This document shows positions 43,401 through 57,300 of a stretch of 64,000 nucleotides of DNA, one piece after another. The notes beneath the pieces are model-generated. The model saw only the letters and a program-made list of their open reading frames with translations. It was not told the origin of the DNA and searched no databases. A program made the position numbers and the translations under genes. This stretch comes from Azolla caroliniana (taxonomy: Eukaryota > Plantae > Polypodiophyta), in assembly GCA_043228905.1 (NCBI GenBank), contig JBHGNT010000057.1, positions 1-64,000 on the forward strand, in the 5' to 3' direction. How positions within the stretch are numbered: the stretch's first letter is position 1; each line of letters starts with the position of its first letter.

Positions 43401-45899
43401 GCAAGTTTGAACACAAAAATCCGATATCACACGAGCCAGGTATGAACATATTTTAATTTACTCAAGGGCTCCTTTGAACTCCCTCCTCAAATGTGGTAAT
43501 TTCGTCATGTCTCTCGACCTGAGTTTCAAAATCTTGATTTTTAATTCCATATCATAGCTAGCGTTGTTAGCTTCGATTCGCATGTTTGAACACAAAAATC
43601 CGATATCACACGAGCCAGGTATGAACATTTTAATTTACTCAAGGGTTCCTCTCAACTCCCTCCTCAAATTTGGTAATTTTGTCATGTCTCTCGACCTGAG
43701 TTTCAAAATCTTGATTTTTTAATTCCATATCATAGCTAGCGTTGTTAGCTTCGATTCGCAAGTTTGAACACAAAAATCCGATATCACACGAGCCAGGTAT
43801 GAACATTCTAATTTACTCAAGGGTTCCTCTCAACTCCCTCCTCAAATTTGGTAATTTCGTCATGTCTCTCGACCTGAGTTTCAAAATCTTGATTTTTTAA
43901 TTCCATATCATAGCTAGCGTTGTTAGCTTCGATTCGCAAGTTTGAACACAAAAATCCGATATCACACGAGCCAGGTATGAACATTTTAATTTACTCAAGG
44001 GCTCCTTTGAACTCCCTCCTCAAATGTGGTAATTTCGTCATGTCTCTCGACCTGAGTTTCAAAATCTTGATTTTTTAATTCCATATCATAGCTAGCGTTG
44101 TTGGCTTCGATTCGCATGTTTGAATACAAAAATCCGATATCACACGAGCCAGGTATGAACATTTTAATTTACTCAAGGGCTCCTTTGAACTCCCTCCTCA
44201 AATCTGGTAATTTCGTCATGTATCTCGACCTGAGTTTCAAAATCTTCATTTTTTAATTCCATATCATAGCTAGCGTTGTTAGCTTCGATTCGCATGTTTG
44301 AACACAAAAATCCGATATCACACTCGCCAGGTATGAACATTTTAATTTACCTACTAGCTCTTCTCAAGTCCCTCCTCAAATTATGTAATTTCGTCATGTC
44401 TCTCGACCTGAGCTTCAAAATCTTGATTTTTTAAGTCCATATCATAGCTAGCGTTGTTAGCTTCGATTCGCATGTTTGAACACAAAAATCCGATATCGCA
44501 CGAGCCAGGTGTGAACATTTTAATTTACCTACTAGCTCTTCTCAACTCATTCCTCAAATTTGGTAATTTCGTCATGTCTCTCGACCCGAGTTTTAAAATC
44601 TTGATTTTTTAATTCCATATCATGGCTAGCGTTGTTAGCTTCGATTCGCAAGTTTGAACACAAAAATCCGATATCACACGAGCCAGGTATGAACATTTTA
44701 ATTTACTCAAGGGCTCCTTTGAACTCCCTCCTCAAATGTGGTAATTTCGTCATGTCTCTCGACCTGAGTTTCAAAATCTTGATTTTTTAAGTCCATATCA
44801 TAGCTAGCGTTGTTAGCTTCGATTCGCAAGTTTGAACACAAAAATCCGATATCACACGAGCCAGGTATGAACATTTTAATTTACCTACTAGCTCTTCTCA
44901 ACTCATTCCTCAAATTTGGTAATTTCGTCATGTCTCTCGACCTGAGTTTTAAAATCTTGATTTTTTAAGTCCATATGATAGCTAGCGTTGTTAGCTTCGA
45001 TTCGCATGTTTGAACACAAAAATCCGATATCACACTCGCCAGGTATGAACATTTTAATTTACTCAAGGGTTCCTCTCAACTCATTCCTCAAATTTGGTAA
45101 TTTCGTCATGTCTCTCGACCTGAGTTTCAAAATCTTGATTTTTTAATTCCATATCATAGCTAGCGTTGTTAGCTTCGATTCGCATTTTGAATACAAAAAT
45201 CCGATATCACACGAGCCAGGTATGAACATTTTAATTTACTCAAGGGCTCCTTTGAACTCCCTCCTCAAATGTGGTAATTTCGTCATGTCTCTCGACCTGA
45301 GTTTCAAAATCTTGATTTTTTAATTCCATATCATAGCTAGCGTTGTTGGCTTCGATTCGCATGTTTGAATACAAAAATCCGATATCACACGAGCCAGGTA
45401 TGAACATTTTAATTTACCTACTAGCTCTTCTCAACTCATTCCTCAAATTTGGTAATTTCGTCATGTCTCTCGACCCGAGTTTTAAAATCTTGATTTTTTA
45501 AGTCCATATCATAGCTAGCGTTGTTAGCTTCGATTCGCAAGTTTGAACACAAAAATCCGATATCACACGAGCCAGGTATGAACATTTTAATTTACCTACT
45601 AGCTCTTCTCAACTCATTCCTCAAATTTGGTAATTTCGTCATGTCTCTCGACCTCAGTTTTAAAATCTTGATTTTTTAAGTCCATATGATAGCTAGCGTT
45701 GTTAGCTTCGATTCGCATGTTTGAACACAAAAATCCGATATCACACTCGCCAGGTATGAACATTTTAATTTACTCAAGGGTTCCTCTCAACTCCCTCCTC
45801 AAATTTGGTAATTTCGTCATGTCTCTCGACCTGAGTTTCAAAATCTTGATTTTTTAATTCCATATCATAGCTAGCGTTGTTAGCTTCGATTCGCATGTT

Positions 45900-48800
45900 T
45901 GAATACAAAAATCCGATATCACACGAGCCAGGTATGAACATTTTAATTTACTCAAGGGCTCCTTTGAACTCCCTCCTCAAATGTGGTAATTTCGTCATGT
46001 CTCTCGACCTGAGTTTCAAAATCTTGATTTTTTAAGTCCATATCATAGCTAGCGTTGTTAGCTTCGATTCGCAAGTTTGAACACAAAAATCCGATATCAC
46101 ACGAGCCAGGTATGAACATTTTAATTTACCTACTAGCTCTTCTCAACTCATTCCTCAAATTTGGTAATTTCGTCATGTCTCTCGACCTGAGTTTTAAAAT
46201 CTTGATTTTTTCATTCCATATCATAGCTAGCGTTGTTAGCTTCGATTCGCATGTTTGAACACAAAAATCCGATATCACACGAGCCAGGTATGAACATTTT
46301 AATTTACCTACTAGCTCTTCTCAAGTCCCTCCTCAAATTATGTAATTTCGTCATGTCTCTCGACCTGAGCTTCAAAATCTTGATTTTTTAATTCCATATC
46401 ATAGCTAGCGTTGTTAGCTTCGATTCGCAAGTTTGAACACAAAAATCCGATATCACACGAGCCAGGTATGAACATATTTTAATTTACTTAAGGGCTCCTT
46501 TGAACTCCCTCCTCAAATGTGGTAATTTCGTCATGTCTCTCGACCTGAGTTTCAAAATCTTGATTTTTTAATTCCATATGATAGCTAGCGTTGTTAGCTT
46601 CGATTCGCATGTTTGAACACAAAAATCCGATATCACACTCGCCAGGTATGAACATTTTAATTTACTCAAGGGTTCCTCTCAACTCCCTCCTCAAATTTGG
46701 TAATTTTGTCATGTCTCCTAACCTGAGTTTCAAAATCTTGATTTTTTAATTCCATATCATAGCTAGCGTTGGTAGCTTCGATTCGCATGTTTGAATACAA
46801 AAATCCGATATCACACGAGCCAGGTATGAACATTTTAATTTACTCAAGGGCTCCTTTGAACTCCCTCCTCAAATGTGGTAATTTCGTCATGTCTCTCGAC
46901 CTGAGTTTCAAAATCTTCATTTTTTAATTCCATATCATAGCTAGCGTTGTTAGCTTCGATTCGCATGTTTGAACACAAAAGTCCGATATCACACTCGCCA
47001 GGTATGAACATTTTAATTTACCTACTAGCTCTTCTCAAGTCCCTCCTCAAATTATGTAATTTCGTCATGTCTCTCGACCTGAGCTTCAAAATCTTGATTT
47101 TTTCATTCCATATCATAGCTAGCGTTGTTAGCTTCGATTCGCAAGTTTGAACACAAAAATCCGATATCACACGAGCCAGGTATGAACATATTTTAATTTA
47201 CTCAAGGGCTCCTCTCAACTTAGTCCTCAAATTTGGTAATTTCGTCATGTCTCTCGACCTGAGTTTCAAAATCTTGATTTTTTAATTCCATATGATAGCT
47301 AGCGTTGTTAGCTTCGATTCGCATGTTTGAACACAAAAATCCGATATCACACGAGCCAGGTATGAACATATTTTAATTTACTCAAGGGCTCCTCTCAACT
47401 CCCTGCTCAAATTTGGTAATTTCGTCCTGTCTCTCGACCTGAGTTTCAAAATCTTGATTTTTTAATTCAATATCATAGCTAGCGTTGTTAGCTTCGATTC
47501 GCATGTTTGAACACAAAAATCCGATATCACACGAGCCAGGTATGAACATTTTAATTTACTCAAGGGTTCCTCTCAACTCCCTCCTCAAATTTGGTAATTT
47601 CGTCATGTCTCTCGACCTGAGTTTCAAAATCTTGATTTTTTAATTCCATATCATAGCTAGCGTTGTTAGCTTCGATTCGCAAGTTTGAACACAAAAATCC
47701 GATATCACACGAGCCAGGTATGAACATTTTAATTTACTCAAGGGCTCCTTTGAACTCCCTCCTCAAATGTGGTAATTTCGTCATGTCTCTCGACCTGAGT
47801 TTCAAAATCTTGATTTTTTAAGTCCATATCATAGCTAGCGTTGTTAGCTTCGATTCGCAAGTTTGAACACAAAAATCCGATATCACACGAGCCAGGTATG
47901 AACATTTTAATTTACCTACTAGCTCTTCTCAACTCATTCCTCAAATTTGGTAATTTCGTCATGTCTCTCGACCTGAGTTTTAAAATCTTGATTTTTTCAT
48001 TCCATATCATAGCTAGCGTTGTTAGCTTCGATTCGCATGTTTGAACACAAAAATCCGATATCACACGAGCCAGGTATGAACATTTTAATTTACCTACTAG
48101 CTCTTCTCAAGTCCCTCCTCAAATTATGTAATTTCGTCATGTCTCTCGACCTGAGCTTCAAAATCTTGATTTTTTAATTCCATATCATAGCTAGCGTTGT
48201 TAGCTTCGATTCGCAAGTTTGAACACAAAAATCCGATATCACACGAGCCAGGTATGAACATATTTTAATTTACTTAAGGGCTCCTTTGAACTCCCTCCTC
48301 AAATGTGGTAATTTCGTCATGTCTCTCGACCTGAGTTTCAAAATCTTGATTTTTTAATTCCATATGATAGCTAGCGTTGTTAGCTTCGATTCGCATGTTT
48401 GAACACAAAAATCCGATATCACACTCGCCAGGTATGAACATTTTAATTTACTCAAGGGTTCCTCTCAACTCCCTCCTCAAATTTGGTAATTTTGTCATGT
48501 CTCTCAACCTGAGTTTCAAAATCTTGATTTTTTAATTCCATATCATAGCTAGCGTTGGTAGCTTCGATTCGCATGTTTGAATACAAAAATCCGATATCAC
48601 ACGAGCCAGGTATGAACATTTTAATTTACTCAAGGGCTCCTTTGAACTCCCTCCTCAAATGTGGTAATTTCGTCATGTCTCTCGACCTGAGTTTCAAAAT
48701 CTTCATTTTTTAATTCCATATCATAGCTAGCGTTGTTAGCTTCGATTCGCATGTTTGAACACAAAAGTCCGATATCACACTCGCCAGGTATGAACATTTT

Positions 48801-51300
48801 AATTTACCTACTAGCTCTTCTCAAGTCCCTCCTCAAATTATGTAATTTCGTCATGTCTCTCGACCTGAGCTTCAAAATCTTGATTTTTTCATTCCATATC
48901 ATAGCTAGCGTTGTTAGCTTCGATTCGCAAGTTTGAACACAAAAATCCGATATCACACGAGCCAGGTATGAACATATTTTAATTTACTCAAGGGCTCCTC
49001 TCAACTTAGTCCTCAAATTTGGTAATTTCGTCATGTCTCTCGACCTGAGTTTCAAAATCTTGATTTTTTAATTCCATATGATAGCTAGCGTTGTTAGCTT
49101 CGATTCGCATGTTTGAACACAAAAATCCGATATCACACGAGCCAGGTATGAACATATTTTAATTTACTCAAGGGCTCCTCTCAACTCCCTGCTCAAATTT
49201 GGTAATTTCGTCCTGTCTCTCGACCTGAGTTTCAAAATCTTGATTTTTTAATTCAATATCATAGCTAGCGTTGTTAGCTTCGATTCGCATGTTTGAACAC
49301 AAAAATCCGATATCACACGAGCCAGGTATGAACATTTTAATTTACTCAAGGGTTCCTCTCAACTCCCTCCTCAAATTTGGTAATTTCGTCATGTCTCTCG
49401 ACCTGAGTTTCAAAATCTTGATTTTTTAATTCCATATCATAGCTAGCGTTGTTAGCTTCGATTCGCAAGTTTGAACACAAAAATCCGATATCACACGAGC
49501 CAGGTATGAACATTTTAATTTACTCAAGGGCTCCTTTGAACTCCCTCCTCAAATGTGGTAATTTCGTCATGTCTCTCGACCTGAGTTTCAAAATCTTGAT
49601 TTTTTAAGTCCATATCATAGCTAGCGTTGTTAGCTTCGATTCGCAAGTTTGAACACAAAAATCCGATATCACACGAGCCAGGTATGAACATTTTAATTTA
49701 CCTACTAGCTCTTCTCAACTCATTCCTCAAATTTGGTAATTTCGTCATGTCTCTCGACCTGAGTTTTAAAATCTTGATTTTTTCATTCCATATCATAGCT
49801 AGCGTTGTTAGCTTCGATTCGCATGTTTGAACACAAAAATCCGATATCACACGAGCCAGGTATGAACATTTTAATTTACCTACTAGCTCTTCTCAAGTCC
49901 CTCCTCAAATTATGTAATTTCGTCATGTCTCTCGACCTGAGCTTCAAAATCTTGATTTTTTAATTCCATATCATAGCTAGCGTTGTTAGCTTCGATTCGC
50001 AAGTTTGAACACAAAAATCCGATATCACACGAGCCAGGTATGAACATATTTTAATTTACTTAAGGGCTCCTTTGAACTCCCTCCTCAAATGTGGTAATTT
50101 CGTCATGTCTCTCGACCTGAGTTTCAAAATCTTGATTTTTTAATTCCATATGATAGCTAGCGTTGTTAGCTTCGATTCGCATGTTTGAACACAAAAATCC
50201 GATATCACACTCGCCAGGTATGAACATTTTAATTTACTCAAGGGTTCCTCTCAACTCCCTCCTCAAATTTGGTAATTTTGTCATGTCTCTCGACCTGAGT
50301 TTCAAAATCTTGATTTTTTAATTCCATATCATAGCTAGCGTTGGTTGCTTCGATTCGCATGTTTGAATACAAAAATCCGATATCACACGAGCCAGGTATG
50401 AACATTTTAATTTACTCAAGGGCTCCTTTGAACTCCCTCCTCAAATGTGGTAATTTCGTCATGTCTCTCGACCTGAGTTTCAAAATCTTCATTTTTTAAT
50501 TCCATATCATAGCTAGCGTTGTTAGCTTCGATTCGCATGTTTGAACACAAAAATCCGATATCACACGAGCCAGGTATGAACATTTTAATTTACCTACTAG
50601 CTCTTCTCAAGTCCCTCCTCAAATTATGTAATTTCGTCATGTCTCTCGACCTGAGCTTCAAAATCTTGATTTTTTCATTCCATATCATAGCTAGCGTTGT
50701 TAGCTTCGATTCGCAAGTTTGAACACAAAAATCCGATATCACACGAGCCAGGTATGAACATATTTTAATTTACTCAAGGGCTCCTCTCAACTTAGTCCTC
50801 AAATTTGGTAATTTCGTCATGTCTCTCGACCTGAGTTTCAAAATCTTGATTTTTTAATTCCATATGATAGCTAGCGTTGTTAGCTTCGATTCGCATGTTT
50901 GAACACAAAAATCCGATATCACACGAGCCAGGTATGAACATATTTTAATTTACTCAAGGGCTCCTCTCAACTCCCTGCTCAAATTTGGTAATTTCGTCAT
51001 GTCTCTCGACCTGAGTTTCAAAATCTTGATTTTTTAATTCCATATCATAGCTAGCGTTGTTAGCTTCGATTCGCATGTTTGAACACAAAAATCCGATATC
51101 ACACGAGCCAGGTATGAACATTTTAATTTACTCAAGGGTTCCTCTCAACTCCCTCCTCAAATTTGGTAATTTCGTCATGTCTCTCGACCTGAGTTTCAAA
51201 ATCTTGATTTTTTAATTCCATATCATAGCTAGCGTTGTTAGATTCGATTCGCAAGTTTGAACACAAAAATCCGATATCACACGAGCCAGGTATGAACATT
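45900..51300. repeat. 10-monomer higher-order repeat (1786 bp), about 3 copies
   Basis: The TTTTTTCATT variant, which produces the spurious 67-aa ORFs, recurs at 46055/47841/49627 and 46947/48733/50519. Period 1786 = 7x178 + 3x180. Confidence 0.88.
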
Positions 51301-54300
51301 TTAATTTACTCAAGGGCTCCTTTGAACTCCCTCCTCAAATGTGGTAATTTCGTCATGTCTCTCGACCTGAGTTTCAAAATCTTGATTTTTTAAGTCCATA
51401 TCATAGCTAGCGTTGTTAGCTTCGATTCGCAAGTTTGAACACAAAAATCCGATATCACACGAGCCAGGTATGAACATTTTAATTTACCTACTAGCTCTTC
51501 TCAACTCATTCCTCAAATTTGGTAATTTCGTCATGTCTCTCGACCTGAGTTTTAAAATCTTGATTTTTTAAGTCCATATGATAGCTAGCGTTGTTAGCTT
51601 CGATTCGCATGTTTGAACACAAAAATCCGATATCACACTCGCCAGGTATGAACATTTTAATTTACTCAAGGGTTCCTCTCAACTCCCTCCTCAAATTTGG
51701 TAATTTCGTCATGTCTCTCGACCTGAGTTTCAAAATCTTGATTTTTTAATTCCATATCATAGCTAGCGTTGTTAGCTTCGATTCGCATGTTTGAATACAA
51801 AAATCCGATATCACACGAGCCAGGTATGAACATTTTAATTTACTCAAGGGCTCCTTTGAACTCCCTCCTCAAATGTGGTAATTTCGTCATGTCTCTCGAC
51901 CTGAGTTTCAAAATCTTGATTTTTTAATTCCATATCATAGCTAGCGTTGTTGGCTTCGATTCGCATGTTTGAATACAAAAATCCGATATCACACGAGCCA
52001 GGTATGAACATTTTAATTTACTCAAGGGCTCCTTTGAACTCCCTCCTCAAATTTGGTAATTTCGTCATGTATCTCGACCTGAGTTTCAAAATCTTCATTT
52101 TTTAATTCCATATCATAGCTAGCGTTGTTAGCTTCGATTCGCATGTTTGAACACAAAAATCCGATATCACACTCGCCAGGTATGAACATTTTAATTTACC
52201 TACTAGCTCTTCTCAAGTCCCTCCTCAAATTATGTAATTTCGTCATGTCTCTCGACCTGAGCTTCAAAATCTTGATTTTTTAATTCCATATCATAGCTAG
52301 CGTTGTTAGCTTCGATTCGCAAGTTTGAACACAAAAATCCGATATCACACGAGCCAGGTATGAACATATTTTAATTTACTCAAGGGCTCCTTTGAACTCC
52401 CTCCTCAAATGTGGTAATTTCGTCATGTCTCTCGACCTGAGTTTCAAAATCTTGATTTTTTAATTCCATATCATAGCTAGCGTTGTTAGCTTCGATTCGC
52501 ATGTTTGAACACAAAAATCCGATATCACACGAGCCAGGTATGAACATTTTAATTTACTCAAGGGCTCCTCTCAACTCCCTGCTCAAATTTGGTAATTTCG
52601 TCATGTCTCTCGACCTGAGCTTCAAAATCTTGATTTTTTAATTCCATATCATAGCTAGCGTTGTTAGCTTCGATTCGCAAGTTTGAACACAAAAATCCGA
52701 TATCACACGAGCCAGGTATGAACATATTTTAATTTACTCAAGGGCTCCTCTCAACTTAGTCCTCAAATTTGGTAATTTCGTCATGTCTCTCGACCTGAGT
52801 TTCAAAATCTTGATTTTTTAATTCCATATGATAGCTAGCGTTGTTAGCTTCGATTCGCATGTTTGAACACAAAAATCCGATATCACACGAGCCATGTATG
52901 AACATTTTAATTTACTCAAGGGTTCCTCTCAACTCCCTCCTCAAATTTGGTAATTTCGTCATGTCTCTCGACCTGAGTTTCAAAATCTTGATTTTTTAAT
53001 TCCATATCATAGCTAGCGTTGTTAGCTTCGATTCGCATGTTTGAATACAAAAATCCGATATCACACGAGCCAGGTATGAACATTTTAATTTACTTAAGGG
53101 CTCCTTTGAACTCCCTCCTCAAATGTGGTAATTTCGTCATGTCTCTCGACCTGAGTTTCAAAATCTTGATTTTTTAAGTCCATATCATAGCTAGCGTTGT
53201 TAGCTTCGATTCGCATGTTTGAACACACAAATCCGATATCACACTCGCCAGGTATGAACATTTTAATTTACTCAAGAGCTCTTGTGAACTCCCTCCTCAA
53301 ATGTCGTAATTTCGTCATGTCTCTCGACCTGAGTTTCAAAAGCTTGATTTTTTAATTCCATATCATAGCTAGCGTTGTTAGCTTCGATTCGCATGTTTGA
53401 ACAGAAAAATCCGATATCACACGAGCCAGGTATGAACATTTTAATTTACCTACTAGCTCTTCTCAACTCATTCCTCAAATTTGGTAATTTCGTCATGTCT
53501 CTCGACCTGAGTTTTAAAATCTTGATTTTTTAATTCCATATCATAGCTAGCGTTGTTAGCTTCGATTCGCAAGTTTGAACACAAAAATCCGATATCACAC
53601 GAGCCAGGTATGAACATTTTAATTTACTCAAGGGCTCCTTTGAACTCCCTCCTCAAATTTGGTAATTTCGTCATGTATCTCGACCTGAGTTTCAAAATCT
53701 TCATTTTTTAATTCCATATCATAGCTAGCGTTGTTAGCTTCGATTCGCATGTTTGAACACAAAAATCCGATATCACACTCGCCAGGTATGAACATTTTAA
53801 TTTACCTACTAGCTCTTCTCAAGTCCCTCCTCAAATTATGTAATTTCGTCATGTCTCTCGACCTGAGCTTCAAAATCTTGATTTTTTAATTCCATATCAT
53901 AGCTAGCGTTGTTAGCTTCGATTCGCAAGTTTGAACACAAAAATCCGATATCACACGAGCCAGGTATGAACATTTTAATTTACTCAAGGGCTCCTTTGAA
54001 CTCCCTCCTCAAATGTGGTAATTTCGTCATGTCTCTCGACCTGAGTTTCAAAATCTTGATTTTTTAATTCCATATGATAGCTAGTGTTGTTAGCTTCGAT
54101 TCGCATGTTTGAATACAAAAATCCGATATCACACGAGCCAGGTATGAACATTTTAATTTACTCAAGGGCTCCTTTGAACTCCCTCCTCAAATTTGGTAAT
54201 TTCGTCATGTATCTCGACCTGAGTTTCAAAATCTTCATTTTTTAATTCCTTATCATAGCTAGCGTTGTTAGCTTCGATTCGCATGTTTGAACACAAAAAT

Positions 54301-57300
54301 CCGATATCACACGAGCCAGGTATGAACATTTTAATTTACCTACTAGCTCTTCTCAAGTCCCTCCTCAAATTATGTAATTTCGTCATGTCTCTCGACCTGA
54401 GCTTCAAAATCTTGATTTTTTAATTCCATATCATAGCTAGCGTTGTTAGCTTCGATTCGCAAGTTTGAACACAAAAATCCGATATCACACGAGCCAGGTA
54501 TGAACATATTTTAATTTACTTAAGGGCTCCTTTGAACTCCCTCCTCAAATGTGGTAATTTCGTCATGTCTCTCGACCTGAGTTTCAAAATCTTGATTTTT
54601 TAATTCCATATGATAGCTAGCGTTGTTAGCTTCGATTCGCATGTTTGAACACAAAAATCCGATATCACACTCGCCAGGTATGAACATTTTAATTTACTCA
54701 AGGGTTCCTCTCAACTCCCTCCTCAAATTTGGTAATTTTGTCATGTCTCTCGACCTGAGTTTCAAAATCTTGATTTTTTAATTCCATATCATAGCTAGCG
54801 TTGGTTGCTTCGATTCGCATGTTTGAATACAAAAATCCGATATCACACGAGCCAGGTATGAACATTTTAATTTACTCAAGGGCTCCTTTGAACTCCCTCC
54901 TCAAATGTGGTAATTTCGTCATGTCTCTCGACCTGAGTTTCAAAATCTTCATTTTTTAATTCCATATCATAGCTAGCGTTGTTAGCTTCGATTCGCATGT
55001 TTGAACACAAAAATCCGATATCACACTCGCCAGGTATGAACATTTTAATTTACCTACTAGCTCTTCTCAAGTCCCTCCTCAAATTATGTAATTTCGTCAT
55101 GTCTCTCGACCTGAGCTTCAAAATCTTGATTTTTTCATTCCATATCATAGCTAGCGTTGTTAGCTTCGATTCGCAAGTTTGAACACAAAAATCCGATATC
55201 ACACGAGCCAGGTATGAACATATTTTAATTTACTCAAGGGCTCCTCTCAACTTAGTCCTCAAATTTGGTAATTTCGTCATGTCTCTCGACCTGAGTTTCA
55301 AAATCTTGATTTTTTAATTCCATATGATAGCTAGCGTTGTTAGCTTCGATTCGCATGTTTGAACACAAAAATCCGATATCACACGAGCCAGGTATGAACA
55401 TATTTTAATTTACTCAAGGGCTCCTCTCAACTCCCTGCTCAAATTTGGTAATTTCGTCATGTCTCTCGACCTGAGTTTCAAAATCTTGATTTTTTAATTC
55501 CATATCATAGCTAGCGTTGTTAGCTTCGATTCGCATGTTTGAACACAAAAATCCGATATCACACGAGCCAGGTATGAACATTTTAATTTACTCAAGGGTT
55601 CCTCTCAACTCCCTCCTCAAATTTGGTAATTTCGTCATGTCTCTCGACCTGAGTTTCAAAATCTTGATTTTTTAATTCCATATCATAGCTAGCGTTGTTA
55701 GATTCGATTCGCAAGTTTGAACACAAAAATCCGATATCACACGAGCCAGGTATGAACATTTTAATTTACTCAAGGGCTCCTTTGAACTCCCTCCTCAAAT
55801 GTGGTAATTTCGTCATGTCTCTCGACCTGAGTTTCAAAATCTTGATTTTTTAAGTCCATATCATAGCTAGCGTTGTTAGCTTCGATTCGCAAGTTTGAAC
55901 ACAAAAATCCGATATCACACGAGCCAGGTATGAACATTTTAATTTACCTACTAGCTCTTCTCAACTCATTCCTCAAATTTGGTAATTTCGTCATGTCTCT
56001 CGACCTGAGTTTTAAAATCTTGATTTTTTAAGTCCATATGATAGCTAGCGTTGTTAGCTTCGATTCGCATGTTTGAACACAAAAATCCGATATCACACTC
56101 GCCAGGTATGAACATTTTAATTTACTCAAGGGTTCCTCTCAACTCCCTCCTCAAATTTGGTAATTTCGTCATGTCTCTCGACCTGAGTTTCAAAATCTTG
56201 ATTTTTTAATTCCATATCATAGCTAGCGTTGTTAGCTTCGATTCGCATGTTTGAATACAAAAATCCGATATCACACGAGCCAGGTATGAACATTTTAATT
56301 TACTCAAGGGCTCCTTTGAACTCCCTCCTCAAATGTGGTAATTTCGTCATGTCTCTCGACCTGAGTTTCAAAATCTTGATTTTTTAATTCCATATCATAG
56401 CTAGCGTTGTTGGCTTCGATTCGCATGTTTGAATACAAAAATCCGATATCACACGAGCCAGGTATGAACATTTTAATTTACTCAAGGGCTCCTTTGAACT
56501 CCCTCCTCAAATTTGGTAATTTCGTCATGTATCTCGACCTGAGTTTCAAAATCTTCATTTTTTAATTCCATATCATAGCTAGCGTTGTTAGCTTCGATTC
56601 GCATGTTTGAACACAAAAATCCGATATCACACTCGCCAGGTATGAACATTTTAATTTACCTACTAGCTCTTCTCAAGTCCCTCCTCAAATTATGTAATTT
56701 CGTCATGTCTCTCGACCTGAGCTTCAAAATCTTGATTTTTTAATTCCATATCATAGCTAGCGTTGTTAGCTTCGATTCGCAAGTTTGAACACAAAAATCC
56801 GATATCACACGAGCCAGGTATGAACATATTTTAATTTACTCAAGGGCTCCTTTGAACTCCCTCCTCAAATGTGGTAATTTCGTCATGTCTCTCGACCTGA
56901 GTTTCAAAATCTTGATTTTTTAATTCCATATCATAGCTAGCGTTGTTAGCTTCGATTCGCATGTTTGAACACAAAAATCCGATATCACACGAGCCAGGTA
57001 TGAACATTTTAATTTACTCAAGGGCTCCTCTCAACTCCCTGCTCAAATTTGGTAATTTCGTCATGTCTCTCGACCTGAGCTTCAAAATCTTGATTTTTTA
57101 ATTCCATATCATAGCTAGCGTTGGTTGCTTCGATTCGCATGTTTGAATACAAAAATCCGATATCACACGAGCCAGGTATGAACATTTTAATTTACTCAAG
57201 GGCTCCTTTGAACTCCCTCCTCAAATGTGGTAATTTCGTCATGTCTCTCGACCTGAGTTTCAAAATCTTCATTTTTTAATTCCATATCATAGCTAGCGTT